DNA from: Bugula neritina
Lineage: Eukaryota > Animalia > Bryozoa
Direction: 5' to 3'
Assembly (NCBI GenBank): GCA_964035545.1
Contig: CAXIUT010000126.1
Coordinates: 1 to 64,000, forward strand
DNA length: 64,000 bases
In this document: in pieces, positions 50,701 through 64,000 of the stretch
Layout of the letters: each line of letters opens with the position of its first letter
Position numbering within the stretch: the first letter of the stretch is position 1
Position numbers and translations under genes: made by a program
The notes under the pieces: model-generated
The model's input: the letters and a program-made list of their open reading frames with translations, nothing else
Told to the model about the DNA's origin: nothing
The model's database searches: none

Positions 50701-53700
50701 TATTTCAGTATGTTACAGTGTATTTCAGTATGTTGCAGTATGTTTCAATATGTTACAGTGTAATTCAGTATTTTGCAGTATATTTCAGTGAGTTGCAGTG
50801 TATTTCAGTGTGCTACAGCATACTTCAGTATGTTACAGTATATTGCAATGTGTCGCAGTGTATTTCAGTATGTTGCAGTATTTTTCAAGGTGTTACAGTA
50901 TATTTCAGTAGTTTACCATATATTTCGGTATGTTGCAGTATATTTCAATGTGTTGCAGTGTATATCAATATGTTACAGTGTATTTGAGCATGTTGTAGTA
51001 TTTTGCAGTGTATTTCAGTGTGTTGCAGTGTATTTCAGTATTTTGCAGTATTTTTCAATGTGTTACAGTGTATTTCGGTATATTACCGTATATTTAAGTA
51101 TGTCGCAGTATACTTCAGTATGTTGCCGTATGTTTCAGTGTGTTGCAGTATATTTCATTTAGTTGCAGTGTATTTCAATTTGTTCCAGTGTATGTCAGTA
51201 TAATGCAGTATGTTGCAGTGTGTTTCAGTATGTTACAGTGTATTTCAGTATGTTGCAGTATCTTGCAGTACATTTCAGTATGTTTTAGTATGTAGCAGTG
51301 TATTTCAGTATGTTGCAGTATATTTCAGTATGTTGCAGTATATTTCAGTGTGTTACTGTTTTTTCCAGTATGTTACAACACATTTCCGTATATTAAACTA
51401 TATTTCAGCGAGTTACAGTATATTTCAATGTGTTGCAGTGTATTGCAATATGTTACAGCGTATTTCGGTATGTTGCAGTGTGTTGCAGTGTAATTCAGTA
51501 TATTACATTGTATTTCAGTGTGTTGCAGTTCATTTCAATATGTAGCAGGGTATTTCAGTATAGTGCAGTGTATTTCAGTATGCTACAGCATATTTCAGTA
51601 TGTTGCAGTATATTGCAATGTGTCGCAGTATATTTCAGTATGTTGCAGTACGTTGCAGTATGTTTCAATATGTTACGGTGTATTTCAGCATGTTGCAGTA
51701 TATTTCAGTGAGTTGCAGTGTATTTCAGTGTGCTACAGCATATTTCAGTATGTTACAGTATATTGCAATGTGTCGCAGTATATTTCAGTATGTTGCAGTA
51801 TTTTTCAATGTGTTACAGTATATTTCATTAGTTTACCATATACGTCGGTGTGTTGCAGTATATTTCAATGTGTTGCAGTGTATTTCAATATGTTACAGTG
51901 TATTTCAGCATGTTGTAGTTTTTTGCAGAATATTTCAGTGTGTTGCAGTGTACTTTAGTATTTTGCAGTATTTTTCATTGTGTTACAGTATATTTCGGTA
52001 TATTACCGTATATTTAGGTATGTTTCAGTATATTTCAATCTGTTGCAGTGTATTTCAATATGTTGTAGTATGTTGCAGTGTATTTCAGTATGTTACAGTG
52101 TATTTCAGTATGTTGCAGTATATTTCAGTATGTTACAGTGTATTTCAGTATGTTGCAGTATATTTCAGTGTGTTACAGTGTATTTCAGTATGTTGTAGTA
52201 TATTTCAGTGTGTTACAGTATATTTCAGTATGTTGCAGTATTTTTCAATGTGTTGCAGTGTATTTCAATATGTTACAGCGTATTTCAGTATGTTGCAGTG
52301 TATTTCAGTATGTAGCAGGGTATTTCAGTATGTTGCAGTGCATTTCAGTATGCTACAGCATATTTCTGTATGTTGCAGTATATTGCAATGTGTCGCAGTA
52401 TATTTCAGTATGTTGCTGTATATTTCAATGTGTTACAGTATATTTCAGTAGTTTACCATACATTTCGGTACGTTGCAGTATATTTCAATGTGTTGCAGTG
52501 TATTTCAATATGTTACAGTGTATTTCAGTATGTTGTAGTATTTTGCCGCGTATTTCAGTATGTTGCAGTATCTTGCAGTGTATTTCAGTATGTTGCAGTA
52601 TTTTTCAATGTGTTACCGTATATTTCAGTATATTACCATATATTTAGGTATGTTGCAGTATATTTCAATGTGTTGCAGTGTATTTCAATATGTTCTAGTA
52701 ATTTGTGGTGTATTTCAGTATGTTACAGTGTATTTCAGTATGTTGCAGTATGTTTCAATATGTTACAGTGTATTTCAGTATTTTGCAGTATATTTCAGTG
52801 AGTTGCAGTGTATTTCAGTGTGCTACAGCATATTTCAGTATGTTGCAAAATATTGCAATGTGTCGCAGTATGTTGCAGTATTTTTCAATGTGTTACAGTA
52901 TATTTCAGTAGTTTACCATATATTTCGGTATGTTGCAGTATATTTCAATGTGTTGCAGTGTATATCAATATGTTACAGTGTATTTGAGCATGTTGTAGTA
53001 TTTTGCAGTGTATTTCAGAATGTTACAGTGTATTTCAGTATGTTGCAGTATGTTTCAATATGTTACAGTGTATTTCAGTATTTTGCAGTATATTCTAGTG
53101 AGTTGCAGTGTATTTCAGTGTGCTACAGCATATTTCAGTATGTTACAGTATATTGCAATGTGTCGCAGTGTATTTCAGTATGTTGCAGTATTTTTCAAGG
53201 TGTTACAGTATATTTCAGTAGTTTACCATATATTTCGGTATGTTGCAGTATATTTCAATGTGTTGCAGTGTATATCAATATGTTACAGTGTATTTGAGCA
53301 TGTTGTAGTATTTTGCAGTGTATTTCAGTGTGTTGCAGTGTATTTCAGTATTTTGCAGTATTTTTCAATGTGTTACAGTGTATTTCGGTATATTACCGTA
53401 TATTTAAGTATGTCGCAGTATACTTCAGTATGTTGCCGTATGTTTCAGTGTGTTGCAGTATATTTCATTTAGTTGCAGTGTATTTCAATTTGTTCCAGTG
53501 TATGTCAGTATAATGCAGTATGTTGCAGTGTGTTTCAGTATGTTACAGTGTATTTCAGTATGTTGCAGTATCTTGCAGTACATTTCAGTATGTTTTAGTA
53601 TGTAGCAGTGTATTTCAGTATGTTGCAGTATATTTCAGTATGTTGCAGTATATTTCAGTGTGTTACTGTTTTTTCCAGTATGTTACAACACATTTCCGTA

Positions 53701-56700
53701 TATTAAACTATATTTCAGCGAGTTACAGTATATTTCAATGTGTTGCAGTGTATTGCAATATGTTACAGCGTATTTCGGTATGTTGCAGTGTGTTGCAGTG
53801 TAATTCAGTATATTACATTGTATTTCAGTGTGTTGCAGTTCATTTCAATATGTAGCAGGGTATTTCAGTATAGTGCAGTGTATTTCAGTATGCTACAGCA
53901 TATTTCAGTATGTTGCAGTATATTGCAATGTGTCGCAGTATATTTCAGTATGTTGCAGTACGTTGCAGTATGTTTCAATATGTTACGGTGTATTTCAGCA
54001 TGTTGCAGTATATTTCAGTGAGTTGCAGTGTATTTCAGTGTGCTACAGCATATTTCAGTATGTTACAGTATATTGCAATGTGTCGCAGTATATTTCAGTA
54101 TGTTGCAGTATTTTTCAATGTGTTACAGTATATTTCATTAGTTCACCATCTACTTCGGTGTGTTGCAGTATATTTCAATGTGTTGCAGTGTATTTCAATA
54201 TGTTACAGTGTATTTCAGCATGTTGTAGTTTTTTGCAGAATATTTCAGTGTGTTGCAGTGTACTTTAGTATTTTGCAGTATTTTTCAATGTGTTACAGTA
54301 TATTTTGGTATATTACCGTATATTTAGGTATGTTTCAGTATATTTCAATCTGTTGCAGTGTATTTCAATATGTTGTAGTATGTTGCAGTGTATTTCAGTA
54401 TGTTACAGTGTATTTCAGTATGTTGCAGTATATTTCAGTATGTTACAGTGTATTTCAGTATGTTGCAGTATATTTCAGTGTGTTACAGTGTATTTCAGTA
54501 TGTTGTAGTATATTTCAGTGTGTTACAGTATATTTCAGTATGTTGCAGTATTTTTCAATGTGTTGCAGTGTATTTCAATATGTTACAGCGTATTTCAGTA
54601 TGTTGCAGTGTATTTCAGTATGTAGCAGGGTATTTCAGTATGTTGCAGTGCATTTCAGTATGCTACAGCATATTTCAGTATGTTGCAGTATATTGCAATG
54701 TGTCGCAGTATATTTCAGTATGTTGCTGTATATTTCAATGTGTTACAGTATATTTCAGTAGTTTATCATACATTTCGGTACGTTGCAGTATATTTCAATG
54801 TGTTGCAGTGTATTTCAATATGTTACAGTGTATTTCAGTATGTTGTAGTATTTTGCCGCGTATTTCAGTATGTTGCAGTATCTTGCAGTGTATTTCAGTA
54901 TGTTGCAGTATTTTTCAATGTGTTACCGTATATTTCAGTATATTACCATATATTTAGGTATGTTGCAGTATATTTCAATGTGTTGCAGTGTATTTCAATA
55001 TGTTCTAGTAATTTGTGGTGTATTTCAGTATGTTACAGTGTATTTCAGTATGTTGCAGTATGTTTCAATATGTTACAGTATATTTCAGTATTTTGCAGTA
55101 TATTTCAGTGAGTTGCAGTGTATTTCAGTGTGCTACAGCATATTTCAGTATGTTGCAAAATATTGCAATGTGTCGCAGTATGTTGCAGTATTTTTCAATG
55201 TGTTACCGTATATTTCAGTATATTACCATATATTTAGGTATGTTGCAGTATATTTCAATGTGTTGCAGTGTATTTCAATATGTTCTAGTTATTTGTGGTG
55301 TATTTCAGTATGTTACAGTGTATTTCAGCATGTTGCAGTATGTTTCAATATGTTACAGTGTATTTCAGTATTTTGCAGTATATTTCAGTGAGTTGCAGTG
55401 TATTTCAGTGTGCTACAGCATATTTCAGTATGTTGCAGTATATTGCAATGTGTCGCAGTATGTTGCAGTATTTTTCAATGTGTTACAGTATATTTCAGTA
55501 GTTTACCATATATTTCGGTATGTTGCAGTATATTTCAATGTGTTGCAGTGTATATCAATATGTTACAGTGTATTTGAGCATGTTGTAGTATTTTGCAGTG
55601 TATTTCAGTATGTTACAGTGTATTTCAGTATGTTGCAGTATGTTTCAATATGTTACAGTGTATTTCAGTATTTTGCAGTATATTTCAGTGAGTTGCAGTG
55701 TATTTCAGTGTGCTACAGCATATTTCAGTATGTTGCAGTATATTGCAATGTGTCGCAGTGTATTTCAGTATGTTGCAGTATTTTTCAATGTGTTACAGTG
55801 TATTTCGGTATATTACCGTATATTTAGGTATGTCGCAGTATATTTCAGTATGTTGCTGTATGTTTCAGTGTGTTGCAGTATATTTCATTGAGTTGCAGTG
55901 TATTTCAATTTGTTCCAGTGTATGTCAGTATAATGCAGTATGTTGCAGTGTGTTTCAGTATGTTACAGTGTATTTCAGTATGTTGCAGTATCTTGCAGTA
56001 CATTTCAGTATGTTTTAGTATGTAGCAGTGTATTTCAGTATGTTGCAGTATATTTCAGTATGTTGCAGTATATTTCAGTGTGTTACTGTTTTTTCCAGTA
56101 TGTTACAACACATTTCCGTATATTAAACTATATTTCAGCGAGTTACAGTATATTTCAATGTGTTGCAGTGTATTGCAATATGTTACAGCGTATTTCGGTA
56201 TGTTGCAGTGTGTTGCAGTGTAATTCAGTATATTACATTGTATTTCAGTGTGTTGCAGTTCATTTCAATATGTAGCAGGGTATTTCAGTATAGTGCAGTG
56301 TATTTCAGTATGCTACAGCATATTTCAGTATGTTGCAGTATATTGCAATGTGTCGCAGTATATTTCAGTATGTTGCAGTACGTTGCAGTATGTTTCAATA
56401 TGTTACGGTGTATTTCAGTATGTTGCAGTATATTTCAGTGAGTTGCAGTGTATTTCAGTGTGCTACAGCATATTTCAGTATGTTACAGTATATTGCAATC
56501 TGTCGCAGTATATTTCAGTTTGTTGCAGTGTTTTTCAATGTGTTACAGTATATTTCATTAGTTTACCATATATTTCGGTATGTTGCAGTATATTTCAATG
56601 TGTTGCAGTGTATTTCAGCATGTTGTAGTTTTTTGCAGTGTATTTCAGTATGTTACAGTGTATTTCAGTATGTTGCAGTATATTTCAGTATGTTACAGTG

Positions 56701-59700
56701 TATTTCAGTATGTTGCAGTATATTTCAGTGTGTTACAGTGTATTTAGGTATGTTGTAGTATATTTCAGTGTGTTACAGTATACTTCAGTATGTTGCAGTA
56801 TTTTTCAATGTGTTAAAGTGTATTTCAGTAGTTTACCATATATTTCGGTATGTAGCAGTATATTTCAATGTGTTGCAGTGTATTTCAATATGTTACAGTG
56901 TTTTTCAGTATGTTGCAGTATGTTGCAGTATATTTCAGTGAGTTACAGTGTATTTCAGTATGTTGCAGTGTATTTCAGTGTGTTACAGTTTACTCCAGTA
57001 TGTTACAGTACATTTCCGTATAATACACTATATTTCAGCGACTTGCAGTATATTTCAATGTGTTGCAGTGTATTTCAATATGTTACAGCATATTCCAGTA
57101 TGTTGCAGTATGTTGCAGTGTAGTTCAGTATATTACATTGTATTTCAGTATGTTGCAGTTTATTTCAGTATGTAGCAGGGTATTTCAGTATGTTGCAGTG
57201 CATTTCAGTATGCTACAGCATATTTCAGTATGTTGCAGTATATCGCAATGTGTCGCAGTATATTTCAGTATGTTGCTGTATATTTCAATGTGTTACAGTG
57301 TTTTTCAGTATATTACCATATATTTAGATATGTTGCAGTATGTTTCAATGTGTTGCAGTGTATTTCAGTATGTAGCAGTGTATTTCAGTATGTTGCAGTG
57401 TGTTGCAGTGTAATTCAGTATATTACATTGTATTTCAGTGTGTTGCAGTTCATTTCAGTATGTAGCAGGGTATTTCAGTATAGTGCAGTATATTTCAGTA
57501 TGCTGCAGTATATTTCAGTGTGTTACTGTTTTTTCCAGTATGTTACAACACATTTCCGTATATTACACTATATTTCAGCGAGTTACAGTATATTTCAATG
57601 TGTTGCAGTGTATTTCAATATGTTACAGTGTATTTCAGCATGTTGTAGTTTTTTGCAGAATATTTCAGTGTGTTGCAGTGTACTTCAGTATTTTGCAGTA
57701 TTTTTCAATGTGTTACAGTATATTTCGGTATATTACCGTATATTTAGGTATGTTTCAGTATATTTCAATCTGTTGCAGTGTATTTCAATATGTTGTAGTA
57801 TGTTGCAGTGTATTTCAGTATGTTACAGTGTATTTCAGTATGTTGCAGTATATTTCAGTATGTTACAGTGTATTTCAGTATGTTGCAGTATATTTCAGTG
57901 TGTTACAGTGTATTTCAGTATGTTGTAGTATATTTCAGTGTGTTACAGTATATTTCAGTATGTTGCAGTATTTTTCAATGTGTTGCAGTGTATTTCAATA
58001 TGTTACAGCGTATTTCAGTATGTTGCAGTGTATTTCAGTATGTAGCAGGGTATTTCAGTATGTTGCAGTGCATTTTAGTATGCTACAGCATATTTCAGTA
58101 TGTTGCAGTGTATTGCAATGTGTCGCAGTATATTTCAGTATGTTGCTGTATATTTCAATGTGTTACAGTATATTTCAGTAGTTTACCATACATTTCGGTA
58201 CGTTGCAGTATATTTCAATGTGTTGCAGTGTATTTCAATATGTTACAGTGTATTTCAGTATGTTGTAGTATTTTGCCGCGTATTTCAGTATGTTGCAGTA
58301 TCTTGCAGTGTATTTCAGTATGTTGCAGTATTTTTCAATGTGTTACCGTATATTTCAGTATATTACCATATATTTAGGTATGTTGCAGTATATTTCAATG
58401 TGTTGCAGTGTATTTCAATATGTTCTAGTAATTTGTGGTGTATTTCAGTATGTTACAGTGTATTTCAGTATGTTGCAGTATGTTTCAATATGTTACAGTG
58501 TATTTCAGTATTTTGCAGTATATTTCAGTGAGTTGCAGTGTATTTCAGTGTGCTACAGCATATTTCAGTATGTTGCAAAATATTGCAATGTGTCGCAGTA
58601 TGTTGCAGTATTTTTCAATGTGTTACAGTATATTTCAGTAGTTTACCATATATTTCGGTATGTTGCAGTATATTTCAATGTGTTGCAGTGTATATCAATA
58701 TGTTACAGTGTATTTGAGCATGTTGTAGTATTTTGCAGTGTATTTCAGTATGTTACAGTGTATTTCAGTATGTTGCAGTATGTTTCAATATGTTACAGTG
58801 TATTTCAGTATTTTGCAGTATATTTCAGTGAGCTGCAGTGTATTTCAGTGTGCTACAGCATATTTCAGTATGTTACAGTATATTGCAATGTGTCGCAGTG
58901 TATTTCAGTATGTTGCAGTATTTTTCAAGGTGTTACAGTATATTTCAGTAGTTTACCATATATTTCGGTATGTTGCAGTATATTTCAATGTGTTGCAGTG
59001 TATATCAATATGTTACAGTGTATTTGAGCATGTTGTAGTATTTTGCAGTGTATTTCAGTGTGTTGCAGTGTATTTCAGTATTTTGCAGTATTTTTCAATG
59101 TGTTACAGTGTATTTCGGTATATTACCGTATATTTAAGTATGTCGCAGTATACTTCAGTATGTTGCCGTATGTTTCAGTGTGTTGCAGTATATTTCATTT
59201 AGTTGCAGTGTATTTCAATTTGTTCCAGTGTATGTCAGTATAATGCAGTATGTTGCAGTGTGTTTCAGTATGTTACAGTGTATTTCAGTATGTTGCAGTA
59301 TCTTGCAGTACATTTCAGTATGTTTTAGTATGTAGCAGTGTATTTCAGTATGTTGCAGTATATTTCAGTATGTTGCAGTATATTTCAGTGTGTTACTGTT
59401 TTTTCCAGTATGTTACAACACATTTCCGTATATTAAACTATATTTCAGCGAGTTACAGTATATTTCAATGTGTTGCAGTGTATTGCAATATGTTACAGCG
59501 TATTTCGGTATGTTGCAGTGTGTTGCAGTGTAATTCAGTATATTACATTGTATTTCAGTGTGTTGCAGTTCATTTCAATATGTAGCAGGGTATTTCAGTA
59601 TAGTGCAGTGTATTTCAGTATGCTACAGCATATTTCAGTATGTTGCAGTATATTGCAATGTGTCGCCGTATATTTCAGTATGTTGCAGTACGTTGCAGTA

Positions 59701-62700
59701 TGTTTCAATATGTTACGGTGTATTTCAGCATGTTGCAGTATATTTCAGTGAGTTGCAGTGTATTTCAGTGTGCTACAGCATATTTCAGTATGTTACAGTA
59801 TATTGCAATGTGTCGCAGTATATTTCAGTATGTTGCAGTATTTTTCAATGTGTTACAGTATATTTCATTAGTTTACCATATACGTCGGTGTGTTGCAGTA
59901 TATTTCAATGTGTTGCAGTGTATTTCAATATGTTACAGTGTATTTCAGCATGTTGTAGTTTTTTGCAGAATATTTCAGTGTGTTGCAGTGTACTTTAGTA
60001 TTTTGCAGTATTTTTCATTGTGTTACAGTATATTTCGGTATATTACCGTATATTTAGGTATGTTTCAGTATATTTCAATCTGTTACAGTGTATTTCAATA
60101 TGTTGTAGTATGTTGCAGTGTATTTCAGTATGTTACAGTGTATTTCAGTATGTTGCAGTATATTTCAGTATGTTACAGTGTATTTCAGTATGTTGCAGTA
60201 TATTTCAGTGTGTTACAGTGTATTTCAGTATGTTGTAGTATATTTCAGTGTGTTACAGTATATTTCAGTATGTTGCAGTATTTTTCAATGTGTTGCAGTG
60301 TATTTCAATATGTTACAGCGTATTTCAGTATGTTGCAGTGTATTTCAGTATGTAGCAGGGTATTTCAGTATGTTGCAGTGCATTTCAGTATGCTACAGCA
60401 TATTTCTGTATGTTGCAGTATATTGCAATGTGTCGCAGTATATTTCAGTATGTTGCTGTATATTTCAATGTGTTACAGTATATTTCAGTAGTTTACCATA
60501 CATTTCGGTACGTTGCAGTATATTTCAATGTGTTGCAGTGTATTTCAATGTGTTACAGTGTATTTCAGTATGTTGTAGTATTTTGCCGCGTATTTCAGTA
60601 TGTTGCAGTATCTTGCAGTGTATTTCAGTATGTTGCAGTATTTTTCAATGTGTTACCGTATATTTCAGTATATTACCATATATTTAGGTATGTTGCAGTA
60701 TATTTCAATGTGTTGCAGTGTATTTCAATATGTTCTAGTAATTTGTGGTGTATTTCAGTATGTTATAGTGTATTTCAGTATGTTGCAGTATGTTTCAATA
60801 TGTTACAGTGTATTTCAGTATTTTGCAGTATATTTCAGTGAGTTGCAGTGTATTTCAGTGTGCTACAGCATATTTCAGTATGTTGCAAAATATTGCAATG
60901 TGTCGCAGTATGTTGCAGTATTTTTCAATGTGTTACAGTATATTTCAGTAGTTTACCATATATTTCGGTATGTTGCAGTATATTTCAATGTGTTGCAGTG
61001 TATATCAATATGTTACAGTGTATTTGAGCATGTTGTAGTATTTTGCAGTGTATTTCAGAATGTTACAGTGTATTTCAGTATGTTGCAGTATGTTTCAATA
61101 TGTTACAGTGTATTTCAGTATTTTGCAGTATATTCTAGTGAGTTGCAGTGTATTTCAGTGTGCTACAGCATATTTCAGTATGTTACAGTATATTGCAATG
61201 TGTCGCAGTGTATTTCAGTATGTTGCAGTATTTTTCAAGGTGTTACAGTATATTTCAGTAGTTTACCATATATTTCGGTATGTTGCAGTATATTTCAATG
61301 TGTTGCAGTGTATATCAATATGTTACAGTGTATTTGAGCATGTTGTAGTATTTTGCAGTGTATTTCAGTGTGTTGCAGTGTATTTCAGTATTTTGCAGTA
61401 TTTTTCAATGTGTTACAGTGTATTTCGGTATATTACCGTATATTTAAGTATGTCGCAGTATACTTCAGTATGTTGCCGTATGTTTCAGTGTGTTGCAGTA
61501 TATTTCATTTAGTTGCAGTGTATTTCAATTTGTTCCAGTGTATGTCAGTATAATGCAGTATGTTGCAGTGTGTTTCAGTATGTTACAGTGTATTTCAGTA
61601 TGTTGCAGTATCTTGCAGTACATTTCAGTATGTTTTAGTATGTAGCAGTGTATTTCAGTATGTTGCAGTATATTTCAGTATGTTGCAGTATATTTCAGTG
61701 TGTTACTGTTTTTTCCAGTATGTTACAACACATTTCCGTATATTAAACTATATTTCAGCGAGTTACAGTATATTTCAATGTGTTGCAGTGTATTGCAATA
61801 TGTTACAGCGTATTTCGGTATGTTGCAGTGTGTTGCAGTGTAATTCAGTATATTACATTGTATTTCAGTGTGTTGCAGTTCATTTCAATATGTAGCAGGG
61901 TATTTCAGTATAGTGCAGTGTATTTCAGTATGCTACAGCATATTTCAGTATGTTGCAGTATATTGCAATGTGTCGCAGTATATTTCAGTATGTTGCAGTA
62001 CGTTGCAGTATGTTTCAATATGTTACGGTGTATTTCAGCATGTTGCAGTATATTTCAGTGAGTTGCAGTGTATTTCAGTGTGCTACAGCATATTTCAGTA
62101 TGTTACAGTATATTGCAATGTGTCGCAGTATATTTCAGTATGTTGCAGTATTTTTCAATGTGTTACAGTATATTTCATTAGTTCACCATCTACTTCGGTG
62201 TGTTGCAGTATATTTCAATGTGTTGCAGTGTATTTCAATATGTTACAGTGTATTTCAGCATGTTGTAGTTTTTTGCAGAATATTTCAGTGTGTTGCAGTG
62301 TACTTTAGTATTTTGCAGTATTTTTCAATGTGTTACAGTATATTTCGGTATATTACCGTATATTTAGGTATGTTTCAGTATATTTCAATCTGTTACAGTG
62401 TATTTCAATATGTTGTAGTATGTTACAGTGTATTTCAGTATGTTACAGTGTATTTCAGTATGTTGCAGTATATTTCAGTATGTTACAGTGTATTTCAGTA
62501 TGTTGCAGTATATTTCAGTATGTTACAGTGTATTTCAGTATGTTGTAGTATATTTCAGTGTGTTACAGTATATTTCAGTATGTTGCAGTATTTTTCAATG
62601 TGTTGCAGTGTATTTCAATATGTTACAGCGTATTTCAGTATGTTGCAGTGTATTTCAGTATGTAGCAGGGTATTTCAGTATGTTGCAGTGCATTTCAGTA

Positions 62701-64000
62701 TGCTACAGCATATTTCAGTATGTTGCAGTATATTGCAATGTGTCGCAGTATATTTCAGTATGTTGCTGCATATTTCAATGTGTTACAGTATATTTCAGTA
62801 GTTTATCATACATTTCGGTACGTTGCAGTATATTTCAATGTGTTGCAGTGTATTTCAATATGTTACAGTGTATTTCAGTATGTTGTAGTATTTTGCCGCG
62901 TATTTCAGTATGTTGCAGTATCTTGCAGTGTATTTCAGTATGTTGCAGTATTTTTCAATGTGTTACCGTATATTTCAGTATATTACCATATATTTAGGTA
63001 TGTTGCAGTATATTTCAATGTGTTGCAGTGTATTTCAATATGTTCTAGTAATTTGTGGTGTATTTCAGTATGTTACAGTGTATTTCAGTATGTTGCAGTA
63101 TGTTTCAATATGTTACAGTGTATTTCAGTATTTTGCAGTATATTTCAGTGAGTTGCAGTGTATTTCAGTGTGCTACAGCATATTTCAGTATGTTGCAAAA
63201 TATTGCAATGTGTCGCAGTATGTTGCAGTATTTTTCAATGTGTTACCGTATATTTCAGTATATTACCATATATTTAGGTATGTTGCAGTATATTTCAATG
63301 TGTTGCAGTGTATTTCAATATGTTCTAGTTATTTGTGGCGTATTTCAGTATGTTACAGTGTATTTCAGCATGTTGCAGTATGTTTCAATATGTTACAGTG
63401 TATTTCAGTATTTTGCAGTATATTTCAGTGAGTTGCAGTGTATTTCAGTGTGCTACAGCATATTTCAGTATGTTGCAGTATATTGCAATGTGTCGCAGTA
63501 TGTTGCAGTATTTTTCAATGTGTTACAGTATATTTCAGTAGTTTACCATATATTTCGGTATGTTGCAGTATATTTCAATGTGTTGCAGTGTATATCAATA
63601 TGTTACAGTGTATTTGAGCATGTTGTAGTATTTTGCAGTGTATTTCAGTATGTTACAGTGTATTTCAGTATGTTGCAGTATGTTTCAATATGTTACAGTG
63701 TATTTCAGTATTTTGCAGTATATTTCAGTGAGTTGCAGTGTATTTCAGTGTGCTACAGCATATTTCAGTATGTTACAGTATATTGCAATGTGTCGCAGTG
63801 TATTTCAGTATGTTGCAGTATTTTTCAATGTGTTACAGTGTATTTCGGTATATTACCGTATATTTAGGTATGTCGCAGTATATTTCAGTATGTTGCCGTA
63901 TGTTTCAGTGTGTTGCAGTGTATTTCATTTAGTTGCAGTGTATTTCAATTTGTTCCAGTGTATGTCAGTATAATGCAGTATGTTGCAGTGTGTTTCAGTA
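20745..64000. repeat. AT-rich satellite DNA: 10-bp monomers alternating as a 20-bp dimer (TATTTCAGTA / TGTTGCAGTR), with higher-order repeats
   Basis: Uninterrupted array of roughly 4,300 10-mers running to the window end. Variant monomers recur at fixed offsets (280, 300, 460, 2310, 2630, 3250, 5130, 8040, 8830 bp). No unique insertion seen. Confidence 0.98.

Noticed and set aside
20769-63973. Hundreds of Cys/Tyr/Val/Ser/Gln-rich ORFs up to 390 aa on +
   Set aside because: They are translations of the 10-bp satellite (stop-poor on +), open in all three frames at once, with no domain-like content.
20745-64000. Satellite as telomeric repeat, CRISPR array or miRNA cluster
   Set aside because: There are no TTAGG(G) tandem runs (tttaggta is a sporadic variant), no unique spacers or cas genes, and no hairpin-forming inverted segments. 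The context is eukaryotic.

Overview
This is eukaryotic (animal-type, GC-rich, long-branch) DNA at the edge of a nucleolar organiser. Bases 1-20746 hold two tandem 45S rDNA units on the minus strand, about 11.2 kb apart. Each reads promoter repeats, 5'ETS, 18S, a repeat-expanded ~2 kb ITS1, 5.8S, ITS2 and 28S. The upstream unit is cut off about 146 bp above its distal candidate Pol I start motif and joined directly to an AT-rich 10/20-bp satellite. The satellite fills 20745-64000 and shows nested higher-order duplications. No protein-coding gene is supported; all listed ORFs fall in rRNA, spacer repeats or satellite. Four observations stand out. (i) A 213-bp fold-back inversion replaces the decoding region of one 18S copy, most likely a read or consensus artefact. 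(ii) ITS1 carries sense-strand snippets of the 28S peptidyl-transferase region and duplicated 18S-3'-end junctions. (iii) The rDNA/satellite junction leaves only a promoter-sized piece of spacer. (iv) The satellite keeps a near-perfect 10-bp register over 43 kb. I cannot support a new biological system with confidence; the ITS1 rRNA-like snippets are the best lead. All coordinates and counts were read by eye.
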